A stretch of DNA of 64,000 nucleotides from an uncultured archaeon (GTDB lineage Archaea; Thermoplasmatota; E2; DHVEG-1). Of this stretch, positions 52,325-62,530 are shown piece by piece. The number at the start of each line of letters is the position of its first letter. Positions within the stretch are counted from its first letter, which is position 1. Made by a program: the position numbers and the translations under genes. The notes beneath the pieces were generated by a model. That model made no database searches. It was not told where the DNA came from and saw nothing but the letters and a program-made list of their open reading frames with translations. The stretch is taken from contig CABMCU010000108.1 of the NCBI GenBank assembly GCA_902384685.1, positions 2,344 to 66,343 of the forward strand, read 5' to 3'.

Positions 52325-54295
52325 CTAATGTAGTTCAAAGCCAATAGTTTTCATTATCGTCAGATCCCCTGGAGGAAGTAATTTTTCTACTACATCTGTT
52401 GAGACGTTAAAGGTTTTGGCAAGTTTCTGTGCGATCACGCTTTTTTTCGTTACACCAGGAACAAGGATGACATAACCCCTTACTGCATGTGCAGCAACCG
52501 CTGAAACAGGGCCACCCATGAGCTTTTCCTCGTTTCCGACAGGAATAAGACCAGCAGCAACCTCGAGTTTACAGCGAACATAATTGCGCTTTCCTCGAAT
52601 GATAAAAGCCCCTTTTGGTACATACTCGCCGCTCTCTGGTGTCTTGCTTACCTGCTCGGGGAGCACCCAATAGGCTGAGGCTTCACCGAACTGGTTCCAC
52701 GCCCGCGAATACGATGCAGCAAATAGACATGCTTCCTCAAGTGTTTTCTCAGAAATAGGGAGTTTCTCGTCATTCATCCCTCTGCTTTTGATGACACAGC
52801 TGGGTGCACCATGAATGTCAGCGTGTGCATACCGATCACCATCTGAAAGATATTTCTTGATTACTAAATCATTACTTGATGCATCTCTTCCCGCAACCAC
52901 TAGGTTTCCCTCAGTTGAGACAAACCAACGAAACCGTTCAAACCACCATTGTTTTCCATGTTTGATTTCTTTTTTCTCCTCGACAACGTCTGTTTCCTTT
53001 AGTGTCTCGAGTTTATGTTTTGTCAGTAAGACTGCTTCTTCTGCTCCTTTCAATTTTTCCTGAAGTTTTTTACCCTCCTCGTATATCTGCGCTGCGTTTT
53101 CAGAAACGCTTTTTCGGAAATCTATTGCAACTTCAAAGGTATTTTCTTTCTCATCACAAAGAAATACAGTCAGTTCGTTGGCAGTCGGATCAAATAGTTT
53201 CACCAAAGGGTTCTGACAGATTTTGCTGATTCCATCTACCTTTTCTTTTTGTCTTAGTAGTACTGTAATCTCTTGTAGAATTTTCTCGATTGTTTGAAAA
53301 TGAAAATAAATAAGGTCTGCTTCGAGTTTCTTCCGTGCAATACTTTTCTTGAATCCCTCAATTAATTCCTGCTGTTGCGTTTGCTGTCGCTGTAGCTTTT
53401 CAATGTTTTTTCGATGTTTTGTTTCCTGCGGTTTTATAACTTTTCGAACGTGAATAAACGGTTCAAGACCTTTGGAAAAACGTAGGGTTGTTTCAAATTC
53501 CATGTTTGTGTAACTCAGAAAAGGTACAGGTAGAATATCAATGATGGCGCCATCTTTCTTCACAAATACGGGTTGAATTTTTCCTTGTTGAAATACTATT
53601 AAGAACTTCTCTAGTTCATTATATATTTTTTTAATTGAAATCTCATGTAACGCTGATACTTTTGTATTTTTATCGATACCCGCACGAACACAGATCTCCT
53701 CCGCATACAATCCGCTCAGATTTACCGAGCTTGCAAGCGTTCGAACAAGGTCCTTTGAACTCTTCTGAAGTAACTCTTTAAAATCTTGTTCTGTTAAATG
53801 GAACGGGTTTGTCTGAGGTGGCGGTGGCATATACATCTCGCCACTTTTAATCAGACGGGAGGCCCATTCCTGTTTGATTAGTGGACGGATGATTCTTCCC
53901 TCAGGGTTAAGAAGAATAATATTCCCCTTGGAAAACAACTCGCACACCAGCGTATAGTCCCCTTCTTTTCTTCCTATTTTTATCTTTATGATACGATCGA
54001 ATTCATGCTGTGTAATCTCACTGATTTTACCATTAAGAAGATATTTTCGTAGCGTCATCGCAAACAACGACGGTTTCTCAGGGGCATCAAATTGTTTCTG
54101 TGTAAGGCAGAGGAGTTCTCCGTTTCTTATGAAAATTGATACTTTTTGATTTGCTGTTTTCTGTTGAACTCTCAGCAAGATTTCGTCACGAGAAAGCTGA
54201 TAGATTTTTTCAACATAACAACCAATCAGGTCTTGAAGTTCTGAGACAATAACGTAGATGTCAAATGATGCAAGCCCTCGTTCCATAATTCGCAT
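52325..54295 (-). CDS. NFACT-family protein (archaeal Rqc2/Tae2/FbpA homologue)
   Basis: N-terminal NFACT-N signature LASFDIYVIVSELQDLIGCYVEKIYQLSRDEILLRV, coiled-coil middle region, NFACT-R-like C-terminus. 656 aa. Confidence 0.75.
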   Translation of the reverse strand: MRIMERGLASFDIYVIVSELQDLIGCYVEKIYQLSRDEILLRVQQKTANQKVSIFIRNGELLCLTQKQFDAPEKPSLFAMTLRKYLLNGKISEITQHEFDRIIKIKIGRKEGDYTLVCELFSKGNIILLNPEGRIIRPLIKQEWASRLIKSGEMYMPPPPQTNPFHLTEQDFKELLQKSSKDLVRTLASSVNLSGLYAEEICVRAGIDKNTKVSALHEISIKKIYNELEKFLIVFQQGKIQPVFVKKDGAIIDILPVPFLSYTNMEFETTLRFSKGLEPFIHVRKVIKPQETKHRKNIEKLQRQQTQQQELIEGFKKSIARKKLEADLIYFHFQTIEKILQEITVLLRQKEKVDGISKICQNPLVKLFDPTANELTVFLCDEKENTFEVAIDFRKSVSENAAQIYEEGKKLQEKLKGAEEAVLLTKHKLETLKETDVVEEKKEIKHGKQWWFERFRWFVSTEGNLVVAGRDASSNDLVIKKYLSDGDRYAHADIHGAPSCVIKSRGMNDEKLPISEKTLEEACLFAASYSRAWNQFGEASAYWVLPEQVSKTPESGEYVPKGAFIIRGKRNYVRCKLEVAAGLIPVGNEEKLMGGPVSAVAAHAVRGYVILVPGVTKKSVIAQKLAKTFNVSTDVVEKLLPPGDLTIMKTIGFELH

Positions 54296-54384
54296 AACAT
54301 TATCTATTTCACTGTTAAAAAAGAATAGGATTCAATTTCAAAAAAAAAAATTGAGGTTGTGAAACCTATTTTTGCATTATTCCA

Positions 54385-55707
54385 TCATCTGATCTTTTTA
54401 AAAATATTGATAAAACGGATCTCTCTCCAATCTGATGAATTTCTACCGAGTTGATCATAGATGAGAACGGTAATCTGATGTTTTCCTAAAGAGAATTTGT
54501 TGAACTGCCATTTAAAGGGAGCCTCGGTATCGATAAACACCAATTTTCCGTCATAGTAAAACTCCGCGCGTTTAATAGGGATAGTTGCATCGTCGACTTC
54601 TGCCCAGATCCAGAAATCATTGATTACGATTGTCTTGAATTCACCAATTACGCGTTCTTTCATTCCAGCCCAATAGAGAAAACCAACGCGTGGTGAGGTA
54701 ATCCGAACTTGCGGAGGCGTTTCCTTAAGGTCTGCAAGATGTGCGAGTGTTGCTGCGATGATACGGGTCATATTGACTAGGTAGCTAATGTTCACATTAC
54801 TGAGATTATCTTGTGCTGTATGAAAGTTAGGATCATGATCTCCTTCCCAGCAACAGATAGACTCCCAACCATAGGCAAGAAACGGTGAATAATCACTCCC
54901 CGACATTTTATGTCCCACTCTGTTGATCGTACCGCGATTTACCGTCAGTCCAATCGTGTAATCATTATTAATGGCTTGAAAAATATCTGCTACCCAGCCA
55001 GCATCCTCAGTTGCTCTGACAGTCATATTTCGGCTCCCTTCACCATGACCGACCATATCTGCGTTAATTTCTAAAAGGATGCTCTCATTCCGCTCGTATG
55101 CTTCTTTTGTATAAGCGCGGCTACCGGCAAGTCCGATTTCTTCACCTGCGAACGTCACAAATTTAACAGTTCGGTTAAAACAAAAATGGCTCAGTGCATA
55201 GGCTGCTGCAAGCACCGCGACGGTACCTGATCCGTCATCGTTTGCCCCCGGTCCTTTTGCTACTGAATCATAGTGAGCATTAAAAATAATCGCTGAATTA
55301 TCGTTTGAATCTATTCCAGGTAATATTCCTTCGACGTTTTGGCCACTGTAGAAGTGATGGTAATAGGTATCTCCCCATGACGTCCAGCTTTGATATCGTG
55401 TTTTCAGTCCCATGTCCGAGAATTGCTCATGGATATATTGAGCCGCTTTTTCGCATCCGTAGGTCCCAGTCATACGTGGCCCATATCCAACGATTATTTG
55501 GAGATATTTCCGAATGAGGGTTTCATTGATCATTGATAGAATATCTGTAATTTTCTGGCTAGTATTTGTACTCTGTATTCGTGTGTCAAAGACAGAGGTA
55601 ATTGTATCCTTTTGTTGTGAAAGTGAGATGGACGACGTAGAGGTGCTGAGGGAAATAACAATTAAAAGAGCAATAATTACCTGTAAAGTATTGAACGATT
55701 TCTTCAT
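54385..55707 (-). CDS. Secreted M28-family aminopeptidase
   Basis: Signal peptide. M28 zinc-ligand blocks FNAHYDSV..GPGANDDGSGTVAVL...FVTFAGEEIGLAGS...EINADMVGHG. Confidence 0.8.
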   Translation of the reverse strand: MKKSFNTLQVIIALLIVISLSTSTSSISLSQQKDTITSVFDTRIQSTNTSQKITDILSMINETLIRKYLQIIVGYGPRMTGTYGCEKAAQYIHEQFSDMGLKTRYQSWTSWGDTYYHHFYSGQNVEGILPGIDSNDNSAIIFNAHYDSVAKGPGANDDGSGTVAVLAAAYALSHFCFNRTVKFVTFAGEEIGLAGSRAYTKEAYERNESILLEINADMVGHGEGSRNMTVRATEDAGWVADIFQAINNDYTIGLTVNRGTINRVGHKMSGSDYSPFLAYGWESICCWEGDHDPNFHTAQDNLSNVNISYLVNMTRIIAATLAHLADLKETPPQVRITSPRVGFLYWAGMKERVIGEFKTIVINDFWIWAEVDDATIPIKRAEFYYDGKLVFIDTEAPFKWQFNKFSLGKHQITVLIYDQLGRNSSDWREIRFINIFKKIR

Positions 55708-55777
55708 GATTTTTCCGTCCATTATAAGCATTATTAATATTATATATTTTCGTTAATAGAAATTAAAAAAGTAGTAT

Positions 55778-56185
55778 TTATACTCTTTTCCTTAGAGACG
55801 ATTGCTGCGCTATTTTTTTGACGGTTTGTAAGAGATCATTGATATCAAATGGTTTTGTAATATAATCGTAAATATAGGGGTAGATTTCGTCGAATTCTTC
55901 TCCTTGAACGCGTTTTGCGGTGAGCACAATGATGGTGTTCTGATCGGTGAATCCATCAGCTGTCATTTTCTTTATAGTTTCTGCACCATCCATGATCGGC
56001 ATCATAAGATCGAGGATAATGATCCCCTTGAAACCTTTTTCGAGCTGTAGCAAACAATCTCTACCGTTTTCAGCGGTGGTGACCTGAAAACCATGATTTT
56101 CAAAGAGTTCCTTGAGACTGCTGACGATATCAGGGTCATCATCGACAATCAAAATATTTTTTTGGCAATATGCTTCCTGTTCCAT
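55778..56185 (-). CDS. Stand-alone response regulator receiver (CheY-like) protein
   Basis: ILIVDDDPDIV...IILDLMMPIMDG...VLTAK. 135 aa, no output domain. Confidence 0.75.
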   Translation of the reverse strand: MEQEAYCQKNILIVDDDPDIVSSLKELFENHGFQVTTAENGRDCLLQLEKGFKGIIILDLMMPIMDGAETIKKMTADGFTDQNTIIVLTAKRVQGEEFDEIYPYIYDYITKPFDINDLLQTVKKIAQQSSLRKRV

Positions 56186-56308
56186 ATGAAAATATCTAGT
56201 AATTTATACTATATAAAATTACCTTGTACAATTATCAAAACGGATAAAATACAACAGCTTTAATGGAATGAGAAGAAGTTCTTCTGGGATAGAAGAGATT
56301 AACGCTCA

Positions 56309-56974
56309 TTATTCAACGCATGTTTGTATCGCTATTTTTACTGCATTTATCATAATCTGCAACGGCATCCCCCCTGGATCTTGGGAATCCAGGAGTGGTA
56401 CATGAATAAATCCTACTTTTCTTGAGCTATTCTGTTCATTTACATACTCTAGTAACTGATAGAACAGTGCATTGCAAACGTAGGTTCCAGCAAAGTAGCT
56501 CTGCTGAACAGAAATATTTTCTTCTCGTATTTTTTTTACAATATCAAAAGTATGGATTGATGAGAAATGAAGGAATGGACCAGAGACGTCGATTCTCCGT
56601 GGGAACGACCATGTCCCGTCATCTTTTGGATATCGTTTGAGATTGACCCCGATTTTTTCTATTTCTATACCTCGAGCACGAGCATTAAGCCCAAGACTTA
56701 TCACAAGATCAGGATGATAATGCTGCATCGCATCCGTTGTTATTTCTACTGATTCATCAAAATCAACTGGCAACACCATTCCAACGATTTCTTCATCATT
56801 AAGGATTGATCCATTGAGTGCCTCAGCAATTAATTGAGATGGATTCACTGTATAAGTACCAAAAGGCTCAAACCCCGTGACTAAGACAACATGTGCGCCA
56901 GAAGCACTAAACATTCCTATGGGAAACAACAGGATTAAAATTCCAATAACTTGTGCTATTCGCTGACGTCTCAT
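56309..56974 (-). CDS. pcp: Pyroglutamyl peptidase I (pyrrolidone-carboxylate peptidase, C15) with predicted signal peptide
   Basis: VLVTGFEPFG N-terminal signature and catalytic Cys context AGTYVCNALFY. Start set at the ATG giving MRRQRIAQVIGILILLFPIGMFSASGA, a signal-peptide-like leader. The longer ORF-track start overlaps the upstream gene. Confidence 0.7.
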   Translation of the reverse strand: MRRQRIAQVIGILILLFPIGMFSASGAHVVLVTGFEPFGTYTVNPSQLIAEALNGSILNDEEIVGMVLPVDFDESVEITTDAMQHYHPDLVISLGLNARARGIEIEKIGVNLKRYPKDDGTWSFPRRIDVSGPFLHFSSIHTFDIVKKIREENISVQQSYFAGTYVCNALFYQLLEYVNEQNSSRKVGFIHVPLLDSQDPGGMPLQIMINAVKIAIQTCVE

Positions 56975-57017
56975 CAAATTTTTATATATTATTATCCTAT
57001 AAAACCTTTCGTTCAGA

Positions 57018-58316
57018 TTATCCTTTATACGATGTTGCAAGTGATAGCATAAATATATCCATTTCATCCGATGCTATTTTCCCTGATGTTGTATAGGCAT
57101 ATACCTGTAACATATGTTTTCCATTGATAGGAACAAACCACCCCTGGATTGTCCATTCATAAGGAGGTTGTGTATCCCAGAACATAAAATATCCATCTAT
57201 ACAGAAGATTACATATTGAATAGGTTCATCGGAGAAGACCTCAGCACTCGCAATGGTTTTTCCTCCGAGAATTATCGTTAAGCCTCGTAGGTCCCAAAAC
57301 GGTAGTTTTCCAAAAGAGCTCTCAAAAACAGGATTTTCAAAGAGATACGTGTATCCTTCATAGGGTCGATGGAGAACTACTTGTACATCGATTGGTTTTT
57401 GCGCTATTTCAGCAGTGACTGCAAGCATTAGTTTCGTTGCTTTTATATAATACGTCCAATTCAGATGGTTCGCGGTATCATTGGATGAATGTCCCCATGG
57501 ATAGCCGTCTTGGTGCGCTATCCAAACGCCATCAAACCCGTAATCGACAAATGCTTGACTATCATCGCCGCGATAACTTGGTAGTGTATCAATTTTCATG
57601 TCAATGATTTCGTTGTATTTCTCGCTAATCGTGGTTGCATAGTCAGCAATCCAGCGTGATCGGATTGGTGGGAAAAATCGGAGGATTCGTCCACCTTCTG
57701 TCGTACTTGCATATCCGATCATATCCATGTTCAATACTGCGACGATGTTATCGCCTCGGTGGGATGCATCCCGCGCATAGGTAAAACTCCCATAGGTTCC
57801 GACTTCCTCTCCAGAAAATGTGATAAAACGAATCGTGTGATTAAAATGATATTGACTAAGAATATGTGCAATCGCAAGAACCGCAGCCGTTCCTGAACCG
57901 TCGTCATCTGCACCAGGTGCACTAGCAACGGTATCGTAATGAGCACAGAGAATGTATTCTGCTGTACTATTCACATCAGTTCCATAGAGTGTTGCCACAA
58001 CATTTTTACTATAAAAACCGTCATAGTGCCATTCACGAAACTCGACGTTTAGTCCCATCTGTTCAAACGAGTCATAAATATATTCTGCAGCAAGGGTGCA
58101 ATTGATCGACCCGGTATATCGAGGTCCAAACATCATTAGTTTATGATGGTATTCAAATAAAAGGGACTCATTGATTTGATTGATCATCTGGATAATCGTT
58201 GCTTCATTCGAAGACAGCGGTGTCACCGTTGGTTCAGAATCTCGTGCTGGTATTGTGACGTAAGATGATATAAGAAGCACAGTAATGGAGAGCAAAACGA
58301 AGAGGTCCTTTCGCAT
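57018..58316 (-). CDS. Secreted M28-family aminopeptidase (paralogue)
   Basis: Signal peptide. ILCAHYDTVASAPGADDDGSGTAAVL...FITFSGEEVGTYGS...LNMDMIGY. Confidence 0.8.
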   Translation of the reverse strand: MRKDLFVLLSITVLLISSYVTIPARDSEPTVTPLSSNEATIIQMINQINESLLFEYHHKLMMFGPRYTGSINCTLAAEYIYDSFEQMGLNVEFREWHYDGFYSKNVVATLYGTDVNSTAEYILCAHYDTVASAPGADDDGSGTAAVLAIAHILSQYHFNHTIRFITFSGEEVGTYGSFTYARDASHRGDNIVAVLNMDMIGYASTTEGGRILRFFPPIRSRWIADYATTISEKYNEIIDMKIDTLPSYRGDDSQAFVDYGFDGVWIAHQDGYPWGHSSNDTANHLNWTYYIKATKLMLAVTAEIAQKPIDVQVVLHRPYEGYTYLFENPVFESSFGKLPFWDLRGLTIILGGKTIASAEVFSDEPIQYVIFCIDGYFMFWDTQPPYEWTIQGWFVPINGKHMLQVYAYTTSGKIASDEMDIFMLSLATSYKG

Positions 58317-58397
58317 GAACTATTCCTTACTGAGATGATTCCCCTGTTAATATATAAATATTTCTTTATAAAATATATCAAAAAAGAAAAAGAGGTA

Positions 58398-60320
58398 TTA
58401 TGAGGAATACCCGCCGATTCTCAAGCTTGGGTCACCAAAGAGTTCCCACTCAGTAAGACAGTACGCCTCAAGCTGCCCGATTTGCTCTTCAGCAAGGAAT
58501 TTCTGAATCGCTTTACTATGAGCTTGTCCAAGGTTTGTCGCACCGTTCATACCAATCTGCCAGAAGAAATTAGGATCAAGCTTATAACTGAATGTAGCTG
58601 GGTAATTTTCATCACCCCATGAATAACCGGTGCATCCAGTTGAAGCGATTGCACCCCCACGGGGTTTTACAACAAGACCCCAGCAGAAACAGACGGGGAA
58701 TGGTGTACCATAACAGAAATAGATTGCTCCTGATTTATCTAAGAAACAAGGAATCATCGAAAGATTGTACAGCCCATTGTGACATGCGCAGACAACCACT
58801 ATTGGATACTTATCACCATTCGATATAGATGGGAAGTCACCAACGTTCAAGCCACCAGTCCAATTTTTAGGGTAGACACCATCAAACCAGATCGTATTCC
58901 AAGACAAGGGATTTCCATGACCTGTGAAATCCACAAAACCAGCACCCTGGTTAATAGATTTCGTGATATCCTCTGGTGTCGGAGTGAGACCACCGGTGTC
59001 CCTGTTTGTAGAGTAACATTTTATCTGTTTCAGATCAGGGATCGCGTTCTTTGTATAATTAAATGCGAGGTCACAAAGGTATTCACCATCAGGTATCCCA
59101 GTATAATTAGCAAATGTTTTTCCACCGATCCCAATAAATGTATTGTACCAGGATTTCGCAGCGGGGCCATTACTTTCATAGGTAAGAATCTTATTCACGA
59201 CCACCTTGACTTCACTTACAGTGGTGCAGGGTAATCGTCCGACATAGACCTCAGGGTTCATATCGAAATAATCTCTCTTCGCGCCCATCCAACCCCAGTT
59301 CGCATAGACACCATCGCCACTCGAATCCCAACTATCAAAACCACCAGTTGCATTATACAAACATCCATAATACAAATCAGATAAGGTCCCATGATCATCC
59401 TCCTCAGGTATAGAAACGTATCTGACAGGAACCCACCATGCTTTCCAACCAGCGGATCGGGTATCTTTATCTTTCGCATAGATATGGGATTTCAGACCAC
59501 CGACCAGTAATACATAGGTAATACCCCAAGTGTCATATGCGTATTTAATGAAATATTTCACTTGTTCAGGCGGATCATACCCCGTATATTCGTTGAAAAT
59601 ATCCTCGACACTCTTAAAAATTGTTTTCACGCCTTTCGTGTTTTTTTCATCAATAAGAAGCTGCAGACTTGATTCAAACGCAGCAGGAGCAATGACCACC
59701 ATATCATACGAGGTATCCAAGGTCTTCGGCTGTGTAGTTGGCGCAGTATATTTCACGTTAATCTCAAAACCACCAGCATACGTAACCAGGCTGTTCACTG
59801 GCGAGTACCGAACAGGATAACACACCACTTTCACAAAGGTTACTTCTTGATCGTTCTCATTACGACCCGCACCAAGATCATAACTATACCAACTATCCGG
59901 ATAGAACGCAGCGCTCCCATACACAGAAGCATCCTTCACATATGGAGTGTTCTCACGCAGTGTTGATAATAGAGCGATATGAGCAGGTATAACCTCTTTT
60001 GTAAGAGTCATAGTGCTGATATCCTGGGGACTACAGACGACCTGGATATCTGTAGATCCAAACGGAATCTGATACGTCTTCACATAAATAGGCAACACTG
60101 GTTTATTTTGTTCCAATAACTGTGTCGTCGCACCATTCATCTCTATCTCAACAAACCCATCTTTTTCAAGCTGGGTTGGCTGTGACGAGAAAAAAACCGA
60201 TGTTGACTCATTTTTTCCGATCATCGTTGGTTTATTAGAAACGTTCGTGGTGAACGCAGCAGCTCCGAGTCCACTGAGGACTATTATTCCTACTAACAAT
60301 ATAGTAATAATTTTTTTCAT
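58398..60320 (-). CDS. Secreted clan CD cysteine peptidase, C25 (gingipain)-like, paralogue of 3527..5443
   Basis: Collinear with the 3527..5443 protein along its length, including DMVVIAPAAFESSLQLLIDEKNTKGVKTIFKSVEDIFNEY and FTGHGNP ... VVVCACHNGLYN. Confidence 0.55.
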   Translation of the reverse strand: MKKIITILLVGIIVLSGLGAAAFTTNVSNKPTMIGKNESTSVFFSSQPTQLEKDGFVEIEMNGATTQLLEQNKPVLPIYVKTYQIPFGSTDIQVVCSPQDISTMTLTKEVIPAHIALLSTLRENTPYVKDASVYGSAAFYPDSWYSYDLGAGRNENDQEVTFVKVVCYPVRYSPVNSLVTYAGGFEINVKYTAPTTQPKTLDTSYDMVVIAPAAFESSLQLLIDEKNTKGVKTIFKSVEDIFNEYTGYDPPEQVKYFIKYAYDTWGITYVLLVGGLKSHIYAKDKDTRSAGWKAWWVPVRYVSIPEEDDHGTLSDLYYGCLYNATGGFDSWDSSGDGVYANWGWMGAKRDYFDMNPEVYVGRLPCTTVSEVKVVVNKILTYESNGPAAKSWYNTFIGIGGKTFANYTGIPDGEYLCDLAFNYTKNAIPDLKQIKCYSTNRDTGGLTPTPEDITKSINQGAGFVDFTGHGNPLSWNTIWFDGVYPKNWTGGLNVGDFPSISNGDKYPIVVVCACHNGLYNLSMIPCFLDKSGAIYFCYGTPFPVCFCWGLVVKPRGGAIASTGCTGYSWGDENYPATFSYKLDPNFFWQIGMNGATNLGQAHSKAIQKFLAEEQIGQLEAYCLTEWELFGDPSLRIGGYSS

Positions 60321-60817
60321 ATTATTTCCCCTTTCGTTTTGTGTTACCTATTCTAATTCAAACAATGATTCTTTTTATATACCCCTGCATTTTCTTAATT
60401 ATATAATTCTCTATTTAAATCTATCTCATACGATGGTTTAGGAGAAAAGAGACTAGCTGAGTAGAAACGGCCTAATCGAAATCCATAGAAAAGAAATTCT
60501 ATTAAAGAGATAATTGCTCAAACAGGGTAACCAATCGGATTGATATAAATTCATAATCTGTATGATTTTCTATATTTCAAATTATTATCGGGCCGATAAA
60601 TGTCACTTACTTATCGTGAACAGCATCAGAGACAAATAAGGTCACCGATTCTTCAAAAAGAAAATTCGTTTCAATATTTGACTCCGCCGCCCAATTGCTA
60701 CCTCATTCCTAAGTTTCTGCTCTTTTATTAAATGAAATTTTTCTTATGTTTCTATTATAAGTAAAAAATGTAGCATTCCATAATGTTTATATCCTAAAAC
60801 GCATAATAATAAAGCAG

Positions 60818-61381
60818 ATGACAAAGCAAAACAACCGAAAGACAGAATTAGATTCTCAGAGGACCGAATGGCGAAAAACCCATCGAACACTCAACGGTAG
60901 AATCATTCTGTATCCGGATAAACCACCTGAACATATTAATGCAAGAGGCAGTAAGATATATAACTGGTTCTGGAGGAAAATCCTGCGTGAAATAAAACCG
61001 CAGGAGATCCCAGCCATTGTTTCTGGCTTGCAAGATGCCATTATAGCGGAGAAAGAACCCAGAAAGATACAGGTATTACGAACCATGATTGGGATGGCAG
61101 AAGATGCATACCAGTTCAAACAACTCGAAGATATAAAAGATTGTGACACTGAACTGCAATTAGAGCAGAAATCGGTTTATAATTCAGAAGGTGGAGTCAT
61201 CTATCGGAACGGGAATATTTACACCACTGATTACAATGAAGATGAAAGTGAAATTCTCCTTCGGGATATTGAAGGTATCATTATTGATGTTCTTTCATCG
61301 GAAGAAAAGGCAGGAAAAATCCCACAAAAAACCGTTCGGAACAATGTCTATAAAGACTGGAATTATATGGAGAAACTCTAA
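60818..61381 (+). CDS. Hypothetical protein
   Basis: 187-aa ORF, hydrophilic, no motif recognised. Confidence 0.35.
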   Translation: MTKQNNRKTELDSQRTEWRKTHRTLNGRIILYPDKPPEHINARGSKIYNWFWRKILREIKPQEIPAIVSGLQDAIIAEKEPRKIQVLRTMIGMAEDAYQFKQLEDIKDCDTELQLEQKSVYNSEGGVIYRNGNIYTTDYNEDESEILLRDIEGIIIDVLSSEEKAGKIPQKTVRNNVYKDWNYMEKL

Positions 61382-61659
61382 ATTCGCCAATATATAATAT
61401 AACGAGGATAAGTTTTTTTTATTGTTTTTAGTTTTTTTGTTTAGTTGTTCTGTGCAAATTTTTATTGTAACAATCAGTTTTTCAAGTAGCATACGAAAAA
61501 TCGTGAGTTTCTGTTGTTTTTTTAAAATGTTCGATAATTGTCGAAGATTTGAGGGAAAAATATAAAAGCTTCTTAAAAATATTCTTTTGTAAGGTGATGT
61601 TGGAGAGAGAGGGGAAAGATGAAACTCGTAATGACAAAGCAATGGGATCAGACGTTGTT

Positions 61660-62088
61660 TTATTTGGGAACACTTTCGCTTGTGTTTGTTGGCGGTTGTG
61701 TCCTTCGAATCCTTATGGCATAGAGAAGGATTTTTTCCCCCCTATTTTTTTCATTTGTGATTTTTTCATATAGTTTTTTTAAAACGATGCGTGAGAAAAC
61801 ATCGCCATCTAGAAATGTGTACTCTTTTTTGTTGGATAAACTCGTGATAAGTCGCTCTCGTTCTTTATTCCTATAAAAATATTTGTTTTTAATTGTCATT
61901 CCAAGGTTAGAACGTTGGGAAATACAAAATTCATCGGCTGTCATTTCTTTTATTTTTTCCTGGAATTCCAATGGTAATGTGTTCAGAATGTCATCGAGTA
62001 TTTCTTCCACAGTCGAAAATCCAACTTTTTTAATCCTTTTTTTGCCCCGAATCCTGATAATTTTCACCCCTGTATTATCAGTCCACAC
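61660..62088 (-). CDS. Hypothetical small protein, tandem paralogue 1
   Basis: Shares with 62090..62395 the blocks ST.EEI..DIL..L..E.Q..IKEM....F and KEYTFLDGD.FS.I....LYEK. Confidence 0.35.
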   Translation of the reverse strand: MWTDNTGVKIIRIRGKKRIKKVGFSTVEEILDDILNTLPLEFQEKIKEMTADEFCISQRSNLGMTIKNKYFYRNKERERLITSLSNKKEYTFLDGDVFSRIVLKKLYEKITNEKNRGEKILLYAIRIRRTQPPTNTSESVPK

Positions 62089-62089
62089 A

Positions 62090-62395
62090 TTATTTTTTTT
62101 CAGTTGTGACTTTCTCGTATAACTGATCCATGATCATATGGCTGAATTCGTCACCATCAAGAAACGTGTACTCTTTCGAATCGCTCAGACTTTTAACAAG
62201 CTGTTCTTGTGCGGGATTCTGATGAAGGTATTTGTTTCGAATCCATTGTCCAAAGTTGAAATGTTCGATATCACGAAAATCATTGTTTGACATTTCTTTT
62301 ATTGTTGCTTGGTATTCTGGTGATAGTACCTGTAAGATGTCATTAATGATTTCATCTATTGTCGAATATCCAACATTTTCCAGATTTTCAGTCAT
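62090..62395 (-). CDS. Hypothetical small protein, tandem paralogue 2
   Basis: 101-aa paralogue of 61660..62088, separated by 1 nt. Confidence 0.35.
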   Translation of the reverse strand: MTENLENVGYSTIDEIINDILQVLSPEYQATIKEMSNNDFRDIEHFNFGQWIRNKYLHQNPAQEQLVKSLSDSKEYTFLDGDEFSHMIMDQLYEKVTTEKK

Positions 62396-62530
62396 TTTTA
62401 TTCCCCCTTATACTTACAATATAGCTTATGAAATTCACCATACAATTTAATTTTTTTTTTTTAATCATCAATCAATCTTATTGCAAATAACTTAATTACT
62501 TTTTTTTTTCATCGTTCTAAACCGAGTCAT

